A stretch of 64,000 nt of DNA from contig CM060731.1 in the NCBI GenBank assembly GCA_030704615.1, forward strand, positions 49,042,001 through 49,106,000, in the 5' to 3' direction. The notes beneath the pieces were generated by a model. The model was not told where the DNA came from. It did not search any database and worked only from the letters and a program-made list of their open reading frames with translations. This stretch comes from Takakia lepidozioides (lineage: Eukaryota; Plantae; Bryophyta). Both the position numbers and the translations under genes were made by a program. Each line of letters starts with the position of its first letter. Position 1 is the stretch's first letter. This document shows positions 25,640-39,357 of this stretch, piece by piece.

Positions 25640-26270
25640 TGTACCCATATGAATGCAGGCACGAGTCATTGTCTTGCATCAGTGTGCCACCTGGTACATA
25701 CGAGCGTGGCACACAGAAACACAGGACGGGGAAAGTTTGCAGAACCTGCACACAAAAGTATTGGTCTTGGGAGGGGCAAGCCCTGGGGTGAAAGGATTCA
25801 GGGGCACACCTTCCCACTCATTTTCGTTCGGTTTAGCGTTGTTTTTCAGGCGAGGGCAAGAAATATTCACGCACTTGCAATGCCCAACGTAAACCGACCT
25901 TCGAAATGTCAATCCAATGTCGTTGTGGATGTTCGATGTTTTTGTCTTGCACCAAGGGTGTTCATCATGTTTCTTGTCCATGCCCTGCAGAAGCCCAGCT
26001 AGTCCACTGGAAGACGTGGGAGGGTTGAGCTCAAACAAGATGTCCCCATCAAACTCTGCTGGCACGTATTGAACCCACTACACACGAAGGGACTCCCAAT
26101 CAACAAAACGCAGCTCGCTCTTGCACCCAGGCACCCCTGTGAGGGCTTTCAATTTTGGAATGACACTCGTTATCTCCTGCAATTCGTCATCATCCAGGAA
26201 TGGAGTCTGGACTGGCGGAGGAATCTCAGAAACATATTTACCACTGGGGCAACGACTCATTTTGAGTCGT
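25640..26270 (-). pseudogene. N-terminal fragment of another related transposase (WRKY/GCM-like DBD)
   Basis: SELRFVDWESL..FDGDILFEL..MDKKHDEHPWCKTKTSN..CRFC..MTRACIHMGTH, closest to the element A transposase. Confidence 0.85.
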
Positions 26271-27074
26271 AAAAGTCAAAAAACCGGGATCGACTGGAAG
26301 TTACAAACGACTAGTTACAACAGACGTGGAAGTTGGGTCGGACATCCAATGATTGGAGTGGTAAAGAACGCAGACGCGCGAACAACTGCTCAGCGATTAT
26401 TGCGATTAATGCTGAAGAACCACGTGGCATAACCAGGCGGGCCGCTCGTGCGTCTGACCTTTTGGGCTGACTTTGACTTTTCCCTCCGGATGAGTGGACT
26501 GACTCACTGGAGCATGGTGACACATGGATGCAGACGCGGACGTGGACGACGATGTGGACGCGGACGTGGCGGCGCCACGGCGAGCAGCACTGCTGCCACG
26601 TGGTAGTTGACCACATAACTTACAGTGCTACATGCCCAGTGGCAATTGCGACTGCGGAAGTCAATGCAACCACTGCTTTACTACTTTAAATGAAGTGCTC
26701 GAAATTACTTGAACAATCACTCATAGTGGTTCATGCTTTGAAGTTTTGGTGTTTGTAATGATCCGACTAGTACATACGCATGTAATGCAATACAAGAGAA
26801 CTAATCATGTCATTAGAAATGCGAAAACAATGAAAGACATGCCATGAAACAAAACAAAATGAAAATGAAATGAAATGAAACAAATGGTACTTCATTACAT
26901 CTGCGGAAAGCTCAAAGAGCTTATGATACAAAATGAAAAAACCAAAGTAAAAAAGCAGCCCAAAGCTACTACTGCTCTGGGGATTGCCGAAGGGTCAAGG
27001 CCTCATGCACTGCCAAGCAATTATGATCCTCATAATGCAAGGCTCAGTGACAGATTGAGTCCCACGGAATAGAT

Positions 27075-30010
27075 CATCTACCCATGCAGGTTTCTTGTAG
27101 CTATTGATCCACAGGGAATCATAGGTAATCTTGTGCATGAAATCTGGCCCTCTTGGATGAATCTAGACCCACACTTTCTTTGCTCCTTCAGCTACACATG
27201 CCTCTGCACAAATCATGCATTCATCCTTGTCTCGCTGCTAGTAGCTGACAATGACAACCTAGATTTATTCTAGGAAACATCCAACTCAGCTTCTCACACT
27301 AGTTCCTATGCTGAATGCGTCTGCTAGTCTATGAAATGTAACAGGCATTCATCTTTTTGCCTTGGTTGTCCCATCATTGACTGGGGTAGAATAGTATTCA
27401 TTCCACAACTTCTTCTCATCTCTGTTACTGGTTTTTTGATACTTTCCTGTTGTCACATTGGCAGTATCATATCAAAGTCACTCCAAACTAGATTCATTCA
27501 ACTAGCTAACTTGCAGAATTCAACATGGAAATTTAGGGCCGATTCTGATTAGAGGGAAAAACAAGGTGAAATGTGTTGAATAAGATGCCTGCCCTCTTGG
27601 GTGAATCTGCACCCACTCTATCCCCGCTCCTTCAACTATCTATGCCTCTGCACAAATCATGCATATATCATTGTCTTGCTGCTAGCAGCTGATGATGACA
27701 GCCTAGCTAGATTTGTTCTTATACCGCAACCCTATTTGGAAAACCAGGATGAAATGTATTGAGGAAGGTGCCTTCATTAGCAGCACCTCATTCTATCAAT
27801 TGATTTTGAGGTGCAATGAGTGAACATTTCAGTATTACTGACTGAGTGGGAGTGTCCTTTGAGCTCGAAGGTGGAAATGTCTCCAGGACCTGTACCTCAT
27901 CTGATGATGAATGAATAAAATCTGTAGAATTTCTAAACTACGCAGAAAGGTGATTGAATCAACTTGGAGAGGTCATATCTCAAGCTGTGTGTGATTGTTG
28001 TAAGTTTAAAAGAAGGTCCGAGACCTTCTTTTAAGGGCAGGTCAAGGGTTTAAAAGTTCACGAAGGTCCGCCCTCCAATTCGGAAAGCTGATTTCTTTTA
28101 GCTATTGATCCCTCAGCCTGAACCTGAACATGAATCTGGACCTCTATCCCTGGTCCCTCGGTATCCTTGCCCGTGTACAGATCATGAATACATCCCTCAG
28201 CCTTGCTGCTAGCAGCTGACAGCGACGGCGTGAAGTTCTTCCAGAAAACACCCCAACCTAGGACTTAACTGTAGTTCCAATTCTGAATTGCAACTGCTTC
28301 TCTCTGTAGTCGAACAAGCACTCACCTTTTTGTCTCCATTGTCCCCCCACTGACTGGGGTCGGAAAGTGTTCATCCCAAAGCTTCTCTTCATATTGTTAT
28401 CTATTTTTGGGTACTTTCCTGCTGCCACATCAGCAGTAACTTGTCAAAGTCACTCCAAACCACCCCACATCCACCCAACAAGCTAACTTACAGCATTCAA
28501 TATGTAAATTCAGGCTGGGTCTGATGAGAGGGAAAAATAGGCTGAAATAAGTCGAAGAAGAAGGTGCCCTCACCACATTGTCCTCGACCTTGTGTCATCA
28601 CCCATGGAGGATTTCACTGACCATGCACCCAAGAGGACCTCTTGTGTGTGCGAGGTGTGTGTTGCTTCCACAAGGAATTGTAGGCAATTTAGAGCTTGAA
28701 ATCCGGCCCTCTTGGATGAATCTGGACCCACACTGCTCCCTGCTCCTTCAGCTATCCATGCCTCTGCACAAATCATGCATACATCCTTGCCTTGATGCTA
28801 GCAGCTGACAATAACACTCTAGAATTGTTCCAGCAAAAACCCCAACCCTACTTATCACACTAGTTCATATGTTAACTTGCGTCTGCTTCCAATAGGCATT
28901 CACCTTTTTGCCTGGATTGTTCCACCATTGACTGGGGTCGGAACCGTATTCCTTCCAGAGCTTCTCCACATCTCTATTATCTGTTTTTCGATATTTTCCT
29001 GTCGACCACATTGGTAGTAACATGTCAAAATCACTCCAACACCACCATAGATCCACCAATGAGCTAACTTGTAGAATTCAACATGAAAATTTGGGGACGA
29101 CTCTGATAGCAGGGGAAAATAGGGTGAAATATGTTGAAGAAGGTACCTACATTAGCAGTGGCCTTGTTCTATCAATTGTGCTGCTGCCATTGCTGTTTCC
29201 AGTTGACCATCTACCCACTTGTAGCCGTTGTGCTATTGAAGAAGGTGCCCCCCCCCCCCCTTCCCCCATCATTTATCATAGGTCTCCAAAGCCTCCATAC
29301 CATGTCCCTGCTGTGCATACCCTGCAAGCATCGCGTTCCATGACACCACATTTGGTTCAGAAATCTTGGCGAGCATCCATGATGCTCCCGCACTTAACAT
29401 ACATGTTGACAAGGGTGTTGAGTAGAAAAAACATTTGGCATGAATCCACTTTGGATAATGTGAGTGTGCACCTGATTCCAGCTTCCAGACCTAGAGCCTT
29501 TGTCAGTCTGCCTGCCTCACAATGCATCTTCACATGCCCCGTGGAAAAGGCATTGTGGACTCCCTCTCTTGATCCTCTTTCAGAGGTTGCGGTCATGGTT
29601 GAGGACATGCCTGATTTTATCAACTGTGCCGCTGCAGCTATTGCCTTTAGTTGACCATCTACCCATTTAGGTTTCTTGTAGCTATTGATCCACATGGAAT
29701 CACAGGTAATCTGGAGCTTGAAGTCCGGCCCTCTTGGATGAATCTGGACCCATACTCTATCCTTTCTCCTTCAGCTATCCATGCCTCTGCACAAATCATG
29801 CATTCATCTTTGCCCTTGCTGCTAGCAGCTGACAATGACAACCTAGGAAACACCCAATCACACTAGTTCCTATGTTGAATTGCGTCTGTTACTCTCTGTC
29901 ATCTAATAGGCATTCAATTTTTTGCCTCGGTTGTTCCACCATTCACTGGGGTCAACAAAGTATTCATTCCACACCTTCTCCTCATCTCTGTTATCTGTTT
30001 TGGATACTTT
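27075..30010 (-). pseudogene. Repeated decayed exon pairs encoding OSB-type PDF motifs, one running into a PPR motif
   Basis: EKLWKEY..DPSQWWNN.GKK | GT..AG intron | IHPRGPDFKLQITCDSMWINSYKKPKWVDGQL; about 4 copies; the copy at 29357-29745 continues to NTLVNMYVKCGSIMDAR. Confidence 0.72.
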
Positions 30011-30049
30011 CATGCTGCCACATCGGTAGTTACTTGTCATAGTCATTTC

Positions 30050-32380
30050 AAAATAGCTAGGCTTGCACAAGCATTGCAAATGCACACAAACATGATGTGC
30101 TTCCATTGCTCATAGGTCTCCAAAGCCTCCATTCCACATCCTTGTTGTGCCAACCTCCTAGCACATCATATCGCACTCCACGACACCACATGTCGTTCAG
30201 CCATAGTGTCGAACACTCCCTTTGCATCCTAGATGCACCCACATTTTGCAAACATGTTCACCAGGGTATTGTTCAAAATGTCATTTGGTACAATTCCAGC
30301 TCTGAAGATGTCGCCATGCACATCTTTCCCCATTTCCAAAGCTGCCAGGGCAGTGTTCAGATTGACATTTGGCACAATTCCAGCTGTGAGGATATCCCCA
30401 TGCACCTCTTGCCCTTCTCCAGGGCTGCCAGGCTTGCACAAGCATTGCAAATGCACACAAACATGATGTGCTTCCCCCATCATTTGCTCATAGCTCTCCA
30501 AAGCCTCCATCCACGTCCCGTGCATACCCTACAAGCATCGCACTCCACGACACCACATCTCGTTCAGCCATAGTGTCGAACACTCCCTTTGCATCCTAGA
30601 TGCACCCACATTTTGCAAACATGTTCACCAGGGTATTGTTCAGAATGACATCTGGTACAATTCCAACTCTGAAGATGTCGCCATGCACATCTTTCCCCAT
30701 TTCCAAAGCTGCCAGGGCAGTGTTCAGATTGACATTTGGCACAATTCCAGCTTTGATGATATCCCCATGCACCTCTTGCCCTTCTCCAGGCCAGCTACCA
30801 GGCTTGCACAAGCATTGCAAATGCACACAAACATGATGTGCTTCCCCCATCATTTGCTCATAGCTCTCCAAAGCCTCCATCCCACTTTCCTACCGTGCAT
30901 ACCCTGCAAGCATCGCACTCCACGACACCACATGTCGTTCAGCCATAGTGTCGAACACTCCCTTTGCATCCTAGATGCACCACATTTTGCAAACATGTTC
31001 ACCAGGGTATTGTTCAAAATGTCATCTGGTACAATTCCAGCTCTGAAGATATCGCCATGCACATCTTTCCCCATTTCCAAAGCTGTCAGGGCAGTGTTCA
31101 GATTGACATTTGGCACAATTCCAGCTTTGATGATATCCCCATGCACCTCTTGCCCTTCTCCAGGGCTGCCAGGCTTGCACAAGCATTGCAAATGCACACA
31201 AACATGATGTGCTTCCCCCATCATTTGCTCATAGCTCTCCAAAGCCTCCATCCCACGTCCCTGCCGTGCATACCCTGCAAGCATCGCTCCACGACACCAC
31301 ATCTCGTTCAGCCATAGTGTCGAACACTCCTTTGCATCCTAGATGCACCCACATTTTGCAAACATGTTCACCAGGGTTTTGTTCAGAATGACATCTAGTA
31401 CAATTCCAACTCTGAAGATGTCGCCATGGACATCTTTCCCCATTTCCAAAGCTGCCAGGGCAGTGTTCAGATTGACATTTGGCACAATTCCAACTTTGAT
31501 GATATCCCCATGCACCTCTTGCCCTTCTCCAGGCCGGCTACCAGGCTTGCACAAGCATTGCAAATGCACACAAACATGATGTGCTTCCCCCATCATTTGC
31601 TCATAGCTCTCCAAAGCCTCCATCCCACTTTCCTACCGTGCATACCCTGCAAGCATCGCACTCCACGACACCACATGTCGTTCAGCCATAGTGTCGAACA
31701 CTCCCTTTGCATCCTAGATCCTAGATCCTTTGCACCCACATTTTGCAAACATGTCCACCAAGGTATGGTTCAGAATGACATTTGGTACAATTCCAGCTCT
31801 GAAGATGTCGCCATGGACCTCTTTCCCCTTTTTCCAGAGCTGCCAGGGCAGTGTTCATAATGACATTTGGTACAATTCCAGCTTTGATGATACCCCATGC
31901 ACCTCTTTGCCCTCGTCCAGGCTCGATGCACCACATTTTGCATACATGTCCACCAGGGTATGGTTCAGACTGACATTTGGTACAATTCCAGCTCAGAAGA
32001 TGTCGCCATGGACCTCTTTCCCCTTTTCCAGAGCTGCCAGGGCAGTGTTCAGAATGACATTTGGTACAATTCCAGCTTTGATGATATCCCCATGCACCTC
32101 TTTGCCCTTGTCCAGGGCTGCCAGGCTTGCACAAGCATTGCAAATGCACACAAAGTGGCCGGGCTTCACCCCCTCCCCCATCATTGGATCATAGGTCTCC
32201 ACAGCCTCCATCCCACGTCCCTGTTGTGTATACCCTGCAAGCATCGCACTCCACAACACCACATCTTGTTTTAGCCATAGTGTCGAAAACTCCATTTGCA
32301 TCCTCAATGCATCCACATTTGGCATACATGTCCAGGTCAAGGCAGTGTTCAGAATGACATCCGGTGCAATTCCAGCTTTG
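30050..32380 (-). repeat. Tandemly amplified PLS-class PPR pseudogene fragment, ~371-bp unit
   Basis: GGCTTGCACAAGCATTGCAAATGCACACAAA at ~30060, 30431, 30801, 31172, 31544, 32124; translates to GKDVHGDI..AGIVP..ILNNTLVNMFAKCG and WSAMLAGY.QQGRGMEA, with frameshifts. Confidence 0.92.
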
Positions 32381-32902
32381 ACCCCTGGGGTATGCACTTT
32401 TTATAAAATGTGCGTATCAGTGCGTTCGCCGACTAATAAAAAAAACCCCCTGTATACGGGTCCTCGGATAATTTATATCCCCTCTGTACATACTTTTTTG
32501 AGGATTATAAAACCCTCTCCTGTACATATACAAAAATTTATAATTTAAAAAAAAAAACCCCTTCTATATGTATATTCTCCTTTTCAATCATTAAAAAATA
32601 CCCTCAAATATGTATATGTATGTTTTTATATTATATCAAGTTTATTCATTAAGAAACAGAATAAAATCCAATAAATTAATTAAAAAGATATCTATTTGCC
32701 CTTGATAAGATTGTTAAAGACTTTCCGCTCATTGTAATTGTGTTTTCCCTCCAACACCACATATCTTCCATAATACTAATAAGTTGAGCCAGCTTATAGA
32801 GTAGTTTTTAAGCTACCTACCATGCTGATTAAATACTAAATAGTACGATGGTTTCAGTTCTGAATCAGAATGTATTGTTCAAGACATCTTATCTCCAATA
32901 GT

Positions 32903-33517
32903 CCGGGGTTTTCAGATGTATAATGTTATCTTTGGATTAACCACCAAATGGTACAATGTATACTCTTATCTATGCTGGTGAACAGAACCATGCCAATATA
33001 TTCTGTATACTTTAATGATAAAGAGCACTAAGAGTATGTGTTGCTCTGTCAATAAAACTCAAGGCTAGTACAGATGTAAGTTGCTTCGGGAAGTGAAAGC
33101 CTAAGTAATAAAGGGCATTGGGAATTGCAGAGTTCAACATGGAATTTTAGGGCCAATTCTGATAAGAGAGAAGAACAGGGTGAAATGTATCCCTTAGTGA
33201 TTTTCCTTCCGGGGTTTTCAGATGTATAATGTTATCTTTGGATTAACCACCAAATGGTACAATGTATACTCTTATCTATGGCTGGTGAACAGAACCATGC
33301 CAGTATATTCTGTATACTTTAATGATAAAGAGCACTAAGAGTATGTGTTGCTCTGTCAATAAAACTCAAGGCTGGTACAGATGTAAGTTGCTTCGGGAAG
33401 TGAAAGCCTAAGTAATAAAGGGCATTGGGAATTGCAGAGTTCAACATGGAATTTTAGGGCCAATTCTGATAAGAGAGAAGAACAGGGTGAAATGTATCCC
33501 TTAGTGATTTTCCTTCC
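32903..33517. repeat. Near-perfect ~306-bp direct tandem duplication
   Basis: CCGGGGTTTTCAGATGTATAATG... begins at 32903 and 33209; both copies end TGATTTTCCTTCC. Confidence 0.93.
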
Positions 33518-33539
33518 CTAGATAAATTGGACTCTTAGA

Positions 33540-34420
33540 ATGACACAAAGTACAACAATTCCAGCTTTTGACAATGTCACCATGGACCTCTTCCCCCTTT
33601 TCCAGGTCTGCCCCACACTCCCTTTGCATCCTCTACGCACCCGCATTTGGCAGACCTGTCCACCAGGGCACTATTCAGGATGACATAAGGTACAATTCCA
33701 GCTTTGACAATGTCACCGTGGACCTCTTCCCCTTTTCCAGGTCTGCCCAACACTCCCTTTGCATCCTCTACGCACCCGCATTTGGCAGACCTGTCCACCA
33801 GGGCACTATTCAGAATGACATAAGGTACAATTCCAGCTTTTGACAATGTCACCATGGACCTCTTCCCCCATTTCCAGGTCTGCCCCACACTCCCTTTGCA
33901 TCCTCTACGCACCCGCATTTGGCAGACCTGTCCACCAGGGCACTATTCAGATGACATAAGGTACAATTCCAGCTTCTGACAATGTCACCATGGCTCTTCC
34001 ACATTTTCCAGGTCTGCCCAACACTCCATTTGCATCCTCTACACACCCGCATTTGGCAGACCTGTCCACCATGGCACTATTCAGAATGATATAAGGTACA
34101 ATTCCAGCTTTTGACAGTGTCACCATGGACCTCTTCCCCCTTTTCTAAGTCTGCCCCACACTCCATTTGCATCCTCTACGCACCCGCATTTGGCAGACCT
34201 GTCCACCAGGGCACTGTTCAGATGACATAAGGTACAATTCCAGCTTTTGACAATGTCACCATGGACCTCTTCCCCCTTTTCCAGGTTTTCCCCACACTCC
34301 CTTTGCAACCTCTATGCACCCGCATTTGGCAGACCTGTCCACCAGGGGGCACTATTCAGAATGACATAAGGTACATTAATTTCAGCTTTTGACAATGTCA
34401 CCATGCACCTCTTCCCCCTT
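33540..34420 (-). repeat. PPR-derived minisatellite, ~136-bp unit (6-7 copies)
   Basis: Unit translates GEEVHGDIVKAGIVPYVILNSALVDRSAKCGCVEDAKGV. Confidence 0.92.
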
Positions 34421-34869
34421 GATGTTTACAAGGTTCTTGGGAGGGTCAGCTTGGTCTTAGCAAGCCGTGTTTCAATCTCTGCTTGCTCAGCTGCACTGTG
34501 GTGGTTCTCAAAGACCAATCCGACATTACCTGACTACAGCCATCAGCAGCACACAAAAGAGATCATTTTGGGGTTGATGGGAGGTCAAATCCTCCATGGG
34601 TCACAACACAAGGTCAAGGACAATGTGGTGAGGGCACCTTCTTCTTCGACCTATTTCAGCCTGTTTTTCCCTCTCATCACACTCGGCGCCCCTGAATTTG
34701 CAGCACGGAGCAGAGCTGACAATTTTTTTTTAAAGATCCTTCACGATGGTGGGACAACTACAGTCGCAAGGTGTGGCGTTTTCTTAAGGTACAATGTGAA
34801 GAAGTTTGTCCATTCTGGAAATGCGGGCTCTTGCCTCCTGTTAGTACCATGATTTGGTATTCTTCCAGC

Positions 34870-35150
34870 CCGGGCCAGTCACATTCGTTTGTTTTTGCAA
34901 TGCGTGTGCGATCCTGGCAGCCCTGGAAAATGAGGAAGAGGTCCATGGTGGCATCATCAAAGCTGGGATTGTATCAGATGTCAATCTGACCAGTGCCGTG
35001 GTGGACATGTATGCCAAATGCGGGTGCATGAAGGATGCATTAAAGGGGGTGTTGGGCAGTATGGCTGAACGGAATGTGGTGTCATAGAGCGTGATGGTGG
35101 CATGCTATAAGCGCTACAAGGGCAGCGGAGGGAGGCTTTGGAGACCTCTG
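34870..35150 (+). pseudogene. PLS-class PPR fragment
   Basis: VTFVCFCNACAILAALE..EVHGGIIKAGIVSDVNLTSAVVDMYAKCGCMKDA..MAERNVVS. Confidence 0.85.
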
Positions 35151-35279
35151 TAGAACAAATCGAATCAAGGTTTTTTTTTTTTTGGCCGAGATGTGACCGT
35201 CCGAAAATACCGTTGAATCTGACACAGTGGCCCTATGTGGCCGTTTTGCACATAAAAAAACAACCAAAAAACTGGCACA

Positions 35280-37225
35280 AATAGTGTGCGTTGCCGCACA
35301 CTGCTCGAGCTTCCGAATAGGGGTGGAATAAACCTTACAGAGAGGCCCCTGTGTGCACGATTTTCACATGAAAAAAACAATGACAAGGGGGGGCTCAAAC
35401 AGTGTGCGTCAACGCACACTGCTTGAGCTGCCACGTAAGTGTGAATTGAACCTGACAGAGATGCCATTTGTGGCCATTTTGATCAAGAAAAACAAGGCAA
35501 AATGGGGGCTCAAACAGTGTGCATTGCCGCACACTGTTTGAGCTTCCAAATAGGGGTGGAATGAACCTTACAGAGAGGCCCCTGTGTGCACGATTTTCAC
35601 ATGAAAAAAACAATGACAAGGGGTGCTCAAACAGTGTGCGTTGCCGCACACTGTTTGAGCTGCCAGGTATGTGTGGACAAAGAGGCCCTTTGTGGCCAAA
35701 TTTAACTTGAAACAATAATGTCAAGTGGGGGCTCAAACAGTGTGCGTTGCCGCACACTGTTTGAGCTTCCAAATAGGGGTGGAATGTACCTTACAGAGAG
35801 GCCCCTGTGTGCGCGATTTTCACATGAAAAAAACAATGACAAGGGGTGCTCAAACAGTGTGCGTTGCCGCACATTGTTTGAGCTGCCAGGTAAGTGTGGA
35901 TTGAACTTGAGAGAGATGCCATTTGTGGCCGTTTTGAGCATGAAAAACAAGCTTCCTATAAGGGGTGGATTCAACCCATGTGGCCGATTTTAACATGAAA
36001 CACACAATGAGAAGGGGGGCTCAAATAGTGTGCGCTGACGCACACTGTTTGAGCTGCCAGGTAATTGTGGTTGTACCTCAAAACACATGCCCTATGTGGC
36101 CGATTTTAACATAAAACAAACAATGAGAAGGAGGGCTCAAACAGTGTGCGTTGACGTACACTGTTTGAGCTGCCACTTACTTGTGGATTCAGCCTATCAG
36201 AGATGCCATATGTGGCCGATTTTAACATGAATTAAACATCGAGAAGGGGGGCTCAAACAGTGTGCGTTGACGCACACTGTTTGAGCTGTCAGGTAATTGT
36301 GGTTGAACCTCAAAAGAGATGCCCTATGTGACCGATTTTAACATGAAACACACAATGAGAAGGGGGGCTCAAACAGTGTGCGTTGACGCATACTGTTTGA
36401 GCTGCCAGGTAATTGTGGTTGAACCTCAAAAGAGATGCCCTGTGTGGCCGATTTTAACATGAAACACACAATGAGAAGGGGGGCTCAAACAGTGTGCGTT
36501 GACGCACACTGCTTGAGCTGCCAGGTAAGTGTGGATTGAACCTGACAGAGATGCCCTTTGTGGCCGATTTTAACATGAGAACATAATGTCAAGTGGGGGC
36601 TCAAACAGTGTGAGTTGCCGCACACTGTTTGAGCTTCCAAGTAGGGGTGGAATGAACCTTACAGAGAGGCCCCTGTGTGCATGATGTTCATATGATAAAA
36701 AAACAATGAGAGGGGGAGCTCAAACAGTGTGCGTTGCCGCACACTGTTTGAGCTTCCAAATAGTGGTGGATTGAACCAAACAGACAGGCCCGTTTGTGGC
36801 CGATTTTTGTAAGAAAAACAAGCACAAAGTTGGGGCTCAAGCAGTGTGTGTTGCCGCACATTGTTTGAGCTTCCAAATAGTGGAGGATTGAACCAGACAG
36901 ACATGCCCGTTTTGGGGCCGATTTTCGTATCAAAAAACAAACACAAAGTTGGGGCTCAAGCGGTGTGCGTTGCCGCACACTGTTTGAACTTCTTAATACG
37001 GGTGGATTGAACCAGAGAGAGATTCCGTATATAGGCAATTTTCATATAAAAAAGACAAGCACAAATGGGGTCTGAAACTGTGTGCGTTGCCGCACACTGA
37101 TTGAGATTCCAGTCAGTGGTGAATTGAACCAGATAGAGAGGCCCAAATTGGCCGATTTTCATATCAAAAATGAAGCACAAATGTGGGTCTCAAACAGTGT
37201 GCGTTGCTGCACTCTGTTTGAGCTT
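35280..37225. repeat. Array of a 34-bp palindrome CTCAAACAGTGTGCG-TTG(C/A)-CGCACACTGTTTGAG, ~118-120-bp unit (~17 copies)
   Basis: Direct reading, e.g. 35626, 35732, 36253, 36484, 36719. Confidence 0.95.
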
Positions 37226-38309
37226 CCAAGTAGGTTTGGACATCACTTGTACTTTTTTTTTTGGGTGCTCCAGAAGACTCCCCAATCGCCGGAGACCCTT
37301 TGCGCTTCGGACTGCTCTCTACGCCGAGCATGTTCTGGAGCATCTCCCCCATCCTCTTTTCCACTATCTGCTTCTTCGTGAGGCCAGCATCAACATCATC
37401 TTCGGCGTCCATCTCTCCCTCGGATGCAGTATCCTCCTCACTTGTTCTTGGAAGTATGGCGGGCTGCTGTTCTTCTCCAGAATCATGCTCTTCCATCGCC
37501 AAACTTTCCTCTTTGCCCTCTTCTTCCTCCTTTTCCTCTTCGTCTACTCTTTCCATCCATTCTATATCTGGCTCTATTCCTTTCCCTAGTGCTCGTAAAG
37601 TATAACGACTTCCTTCTCTTCCTCCTCCGGTGGAAACAAGGCCTCCCCACGCTGCCTCTTGAGCTCTCCAGTTTGACGTTTGCAACAAGGGTTGCTTTGG
37701 CATGTATCCAAAATAAAAATTGGACATTGTTAACCGTATTTGGATGGGGGTGTCATCATTGTGTGCGAACATAATTCATCCATTTCTGCGTTTTTGAATT
37801 CTCCAAGAAAAAAAGTGGTGGCACTTCCAATGCCGTTGCATGTACTTGTGATATATGTCAGATGTACTTCGCCGGCTACCAATACATGCCAGCCTTCTTG
37901 CATTCTTTCAAATTCGGAAGTGCCGTGGAAATCTAATGCTAGTTCAATTTCGAGCAGTACTTGCAGATTCGCAATAATTGTTATGCTTCACATATGCATC
38001 CACGTGTGTTGTACTGCCTACCCTGCAATTTGCATTTCACCGTCACCGTCGCAATGGGGTCATTCGGTATAAAAGGGTTGTGTCGGCAATGGTGATGTGT
38101 TGCACACATTCGTGCGAGGTGTCTCCCGAAGTGTCAGTGTTTGTGCTGTGCTCTTCTGACACAACACAACTTGTCTGCCCAACAGTACTCCATTTGAATG
38201 GACTCTATGCACCAACTTTCTGAATCTTGAGGCTGAGCCAAAGCTCAGCTTCTAAATCACCCTCTCTGCACTAGACTTAATTCAAACTCAAGGGGGGAAT
38301 CCGACCTTT

Positions 38310-38500
38310 GCTCCATCACTATGCTCCATGACACCAAATTGCATACACAACCCCTTAGCTGCCCATCACTCCCTTTGCATCTTACACATAGCCACATTTG
38401 ACATACATGTCCGCCAGGGCAGCTTTCATAATGACATCTGATACAATCACTACAGCTTTGACGATGCCACCGTGGACCTCTTCTCCAATCTCCAGGGCTC
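38310..38500 (-). pseudogene. PPR fragment
   Basis: Nucleotide similarity to the neighbouring PPR units (EVHGGIVKAVV..SDVIMKAALADMYVKCG). Confidence 0.7.
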
Positions 38501-38607
38501 CTCTTCATCATCTTCATGCTCATCCTCCTCTTCCTCTTCCTTTTCCTCTTCCTCGGCCAATTAGGGCCTTTCTGGCAGGTTGATTCCGCCCCGAATTGGA
38601 AGCTTTA

Positions 38608-39080
38608 ACAGTGTGGGGCAACGCACACTGTTTGTGCCCCTTCACCTCCTGTTTTTTGATTTGAAAATCGTGAGACCAGGGCCACTATGCCATGTTCAAA
38701 CCACCCCTTATTGGATGCTCAAATAGTGTGTAAGAATGCACACTATTTTGGGTCCCCTCTCTGCTTGTTTTTTGATGTGAAATTGGGCGAAACACGGCCA
38801 GTATGCATGCTCAAAACATCCATAGTTGGAAGAACGAACAGTGTGTGGCCCCCTCTCTGCATGTTTTTTTATGTGGAAATGTGCCAAATAGGGCCTAATG
38901 TCATGTTGAAAACACCCCTATTTGGAAGCTCAAGCAGTGTGCGGCAACGCACACTGTCTGTTCCCCTCTCTCTGCCTGTTTTTAGATTTGCAAATAGGCC
39001 ACTCATGGCCAGTGTGCCATGTTCAAATCACCCATTATTGGAAGCTCAAACAGTGTGTGGCAACGCACAATGTTTTTGGC
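38608..39080. repeat. Degenerate copies of the 35-37 kb palindrome in reverse orientation
   Basis: CAGTGTGCGGCAACGCACACTG at ~38935 and variants at 38609 and 39050. Confidence 0.85.
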
Positions 39081-39357
39081 CCACACAATGCTTGTTTTCT
39101 CATGTGAAATTAGGCCACATCGGGCCTGCCTGCCATGCTCAAACCACCATCTGTTATTGCCTCTCTCTTATATCAATTTGAATGAACAACCGTGTAGGAG
39201 AAGATGCTAATGGTGGCGGATGAGCCTTTAGGCTATTTTGTGTGCGGTGGTTGCAATGTACTGTGCCGCATACTATTTTATGGGGTCTTCCTGATGTGGG
39301 GGAAAAGCTGAGAGACAATAATTGCATTGCATAATGAGGCTGTCTCTAATCCTGCAG

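Noticed and set aside
34690-34710. Other end and TSD of element D (host repeat breaks here and seems to resume at 42238)
   Set aside because: Flanks match only 6/9 (AATTTGCAG vs AGTTTCCAT) and no TIR is present.
27075-35150. Functional PPR or OSB host gene
   Set aside because: Every copy has stops or frameshifts; no continuous reading frame can be built.
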